From Sphagnum compactum (Eukaryota), in contig OZ234493.1 in the NCBI GenBank assembly GCA_965153455.1, positions 10,096,213-10,160,212 on the forward strand: a stretch of 64,000 nucleotides of DNA. Direction: 5' to 3'. A model generated the notes under the pieces. The model worked only from the letters and a program-made list of their open reading frames with translations. It did not search any database and had not been told where the DNA came from. This document shows positions 63,999 through 64,000 of this stretch, in pieces (position 1 is the stretch's first letter; every line of letters starts with the position of its first letter). Both the position numbers and the translations under genes were made by a program.

Positions 63999-64000
63999 AA

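Overview
Eukaryotic, AT-rich land-plant DNA, most likely a moss (the repeat families and gene style suggest Sphagnum; this is inference). It contains four intact protein-coding genes: (1) a two-exon secreted Pro/His-rich protein with a C-terminal PLAT/LH2 domain (minus, 5712-7429); (2) RRN3, the RNA polymerase I initiation factor (minus, two exons, 21125-23751); (3) an intronless SDN5/REX1-like DEDDh exonuclease (plus, 38190-40130); (4) an intronless F-box/kelch-like gene (minus, 44065-45513). The intergenic DNA is full of DNA-transposon relics. Several have ends visible by eye: a hAT with a perfect 8-bp TSD, a CACTA nested in a second hAT, hAT-type MITEs and a Tourist MITE. The most notable hidden structure is a heavily decayed, spliced multi-ankyrin-repeat gene spanning about 26.4-42.5 kb on the plus strand, head-to-head with RRN3. 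The intact exonuclease ORF sits inside it in the same orientation. Also notable is a 23-bp-phased CGTAC (SBP-box/copper-response core) triplet next to the TATA box of the His-rich PLAT gene. All translations, counts and alignments were done by eye; no searches were run.
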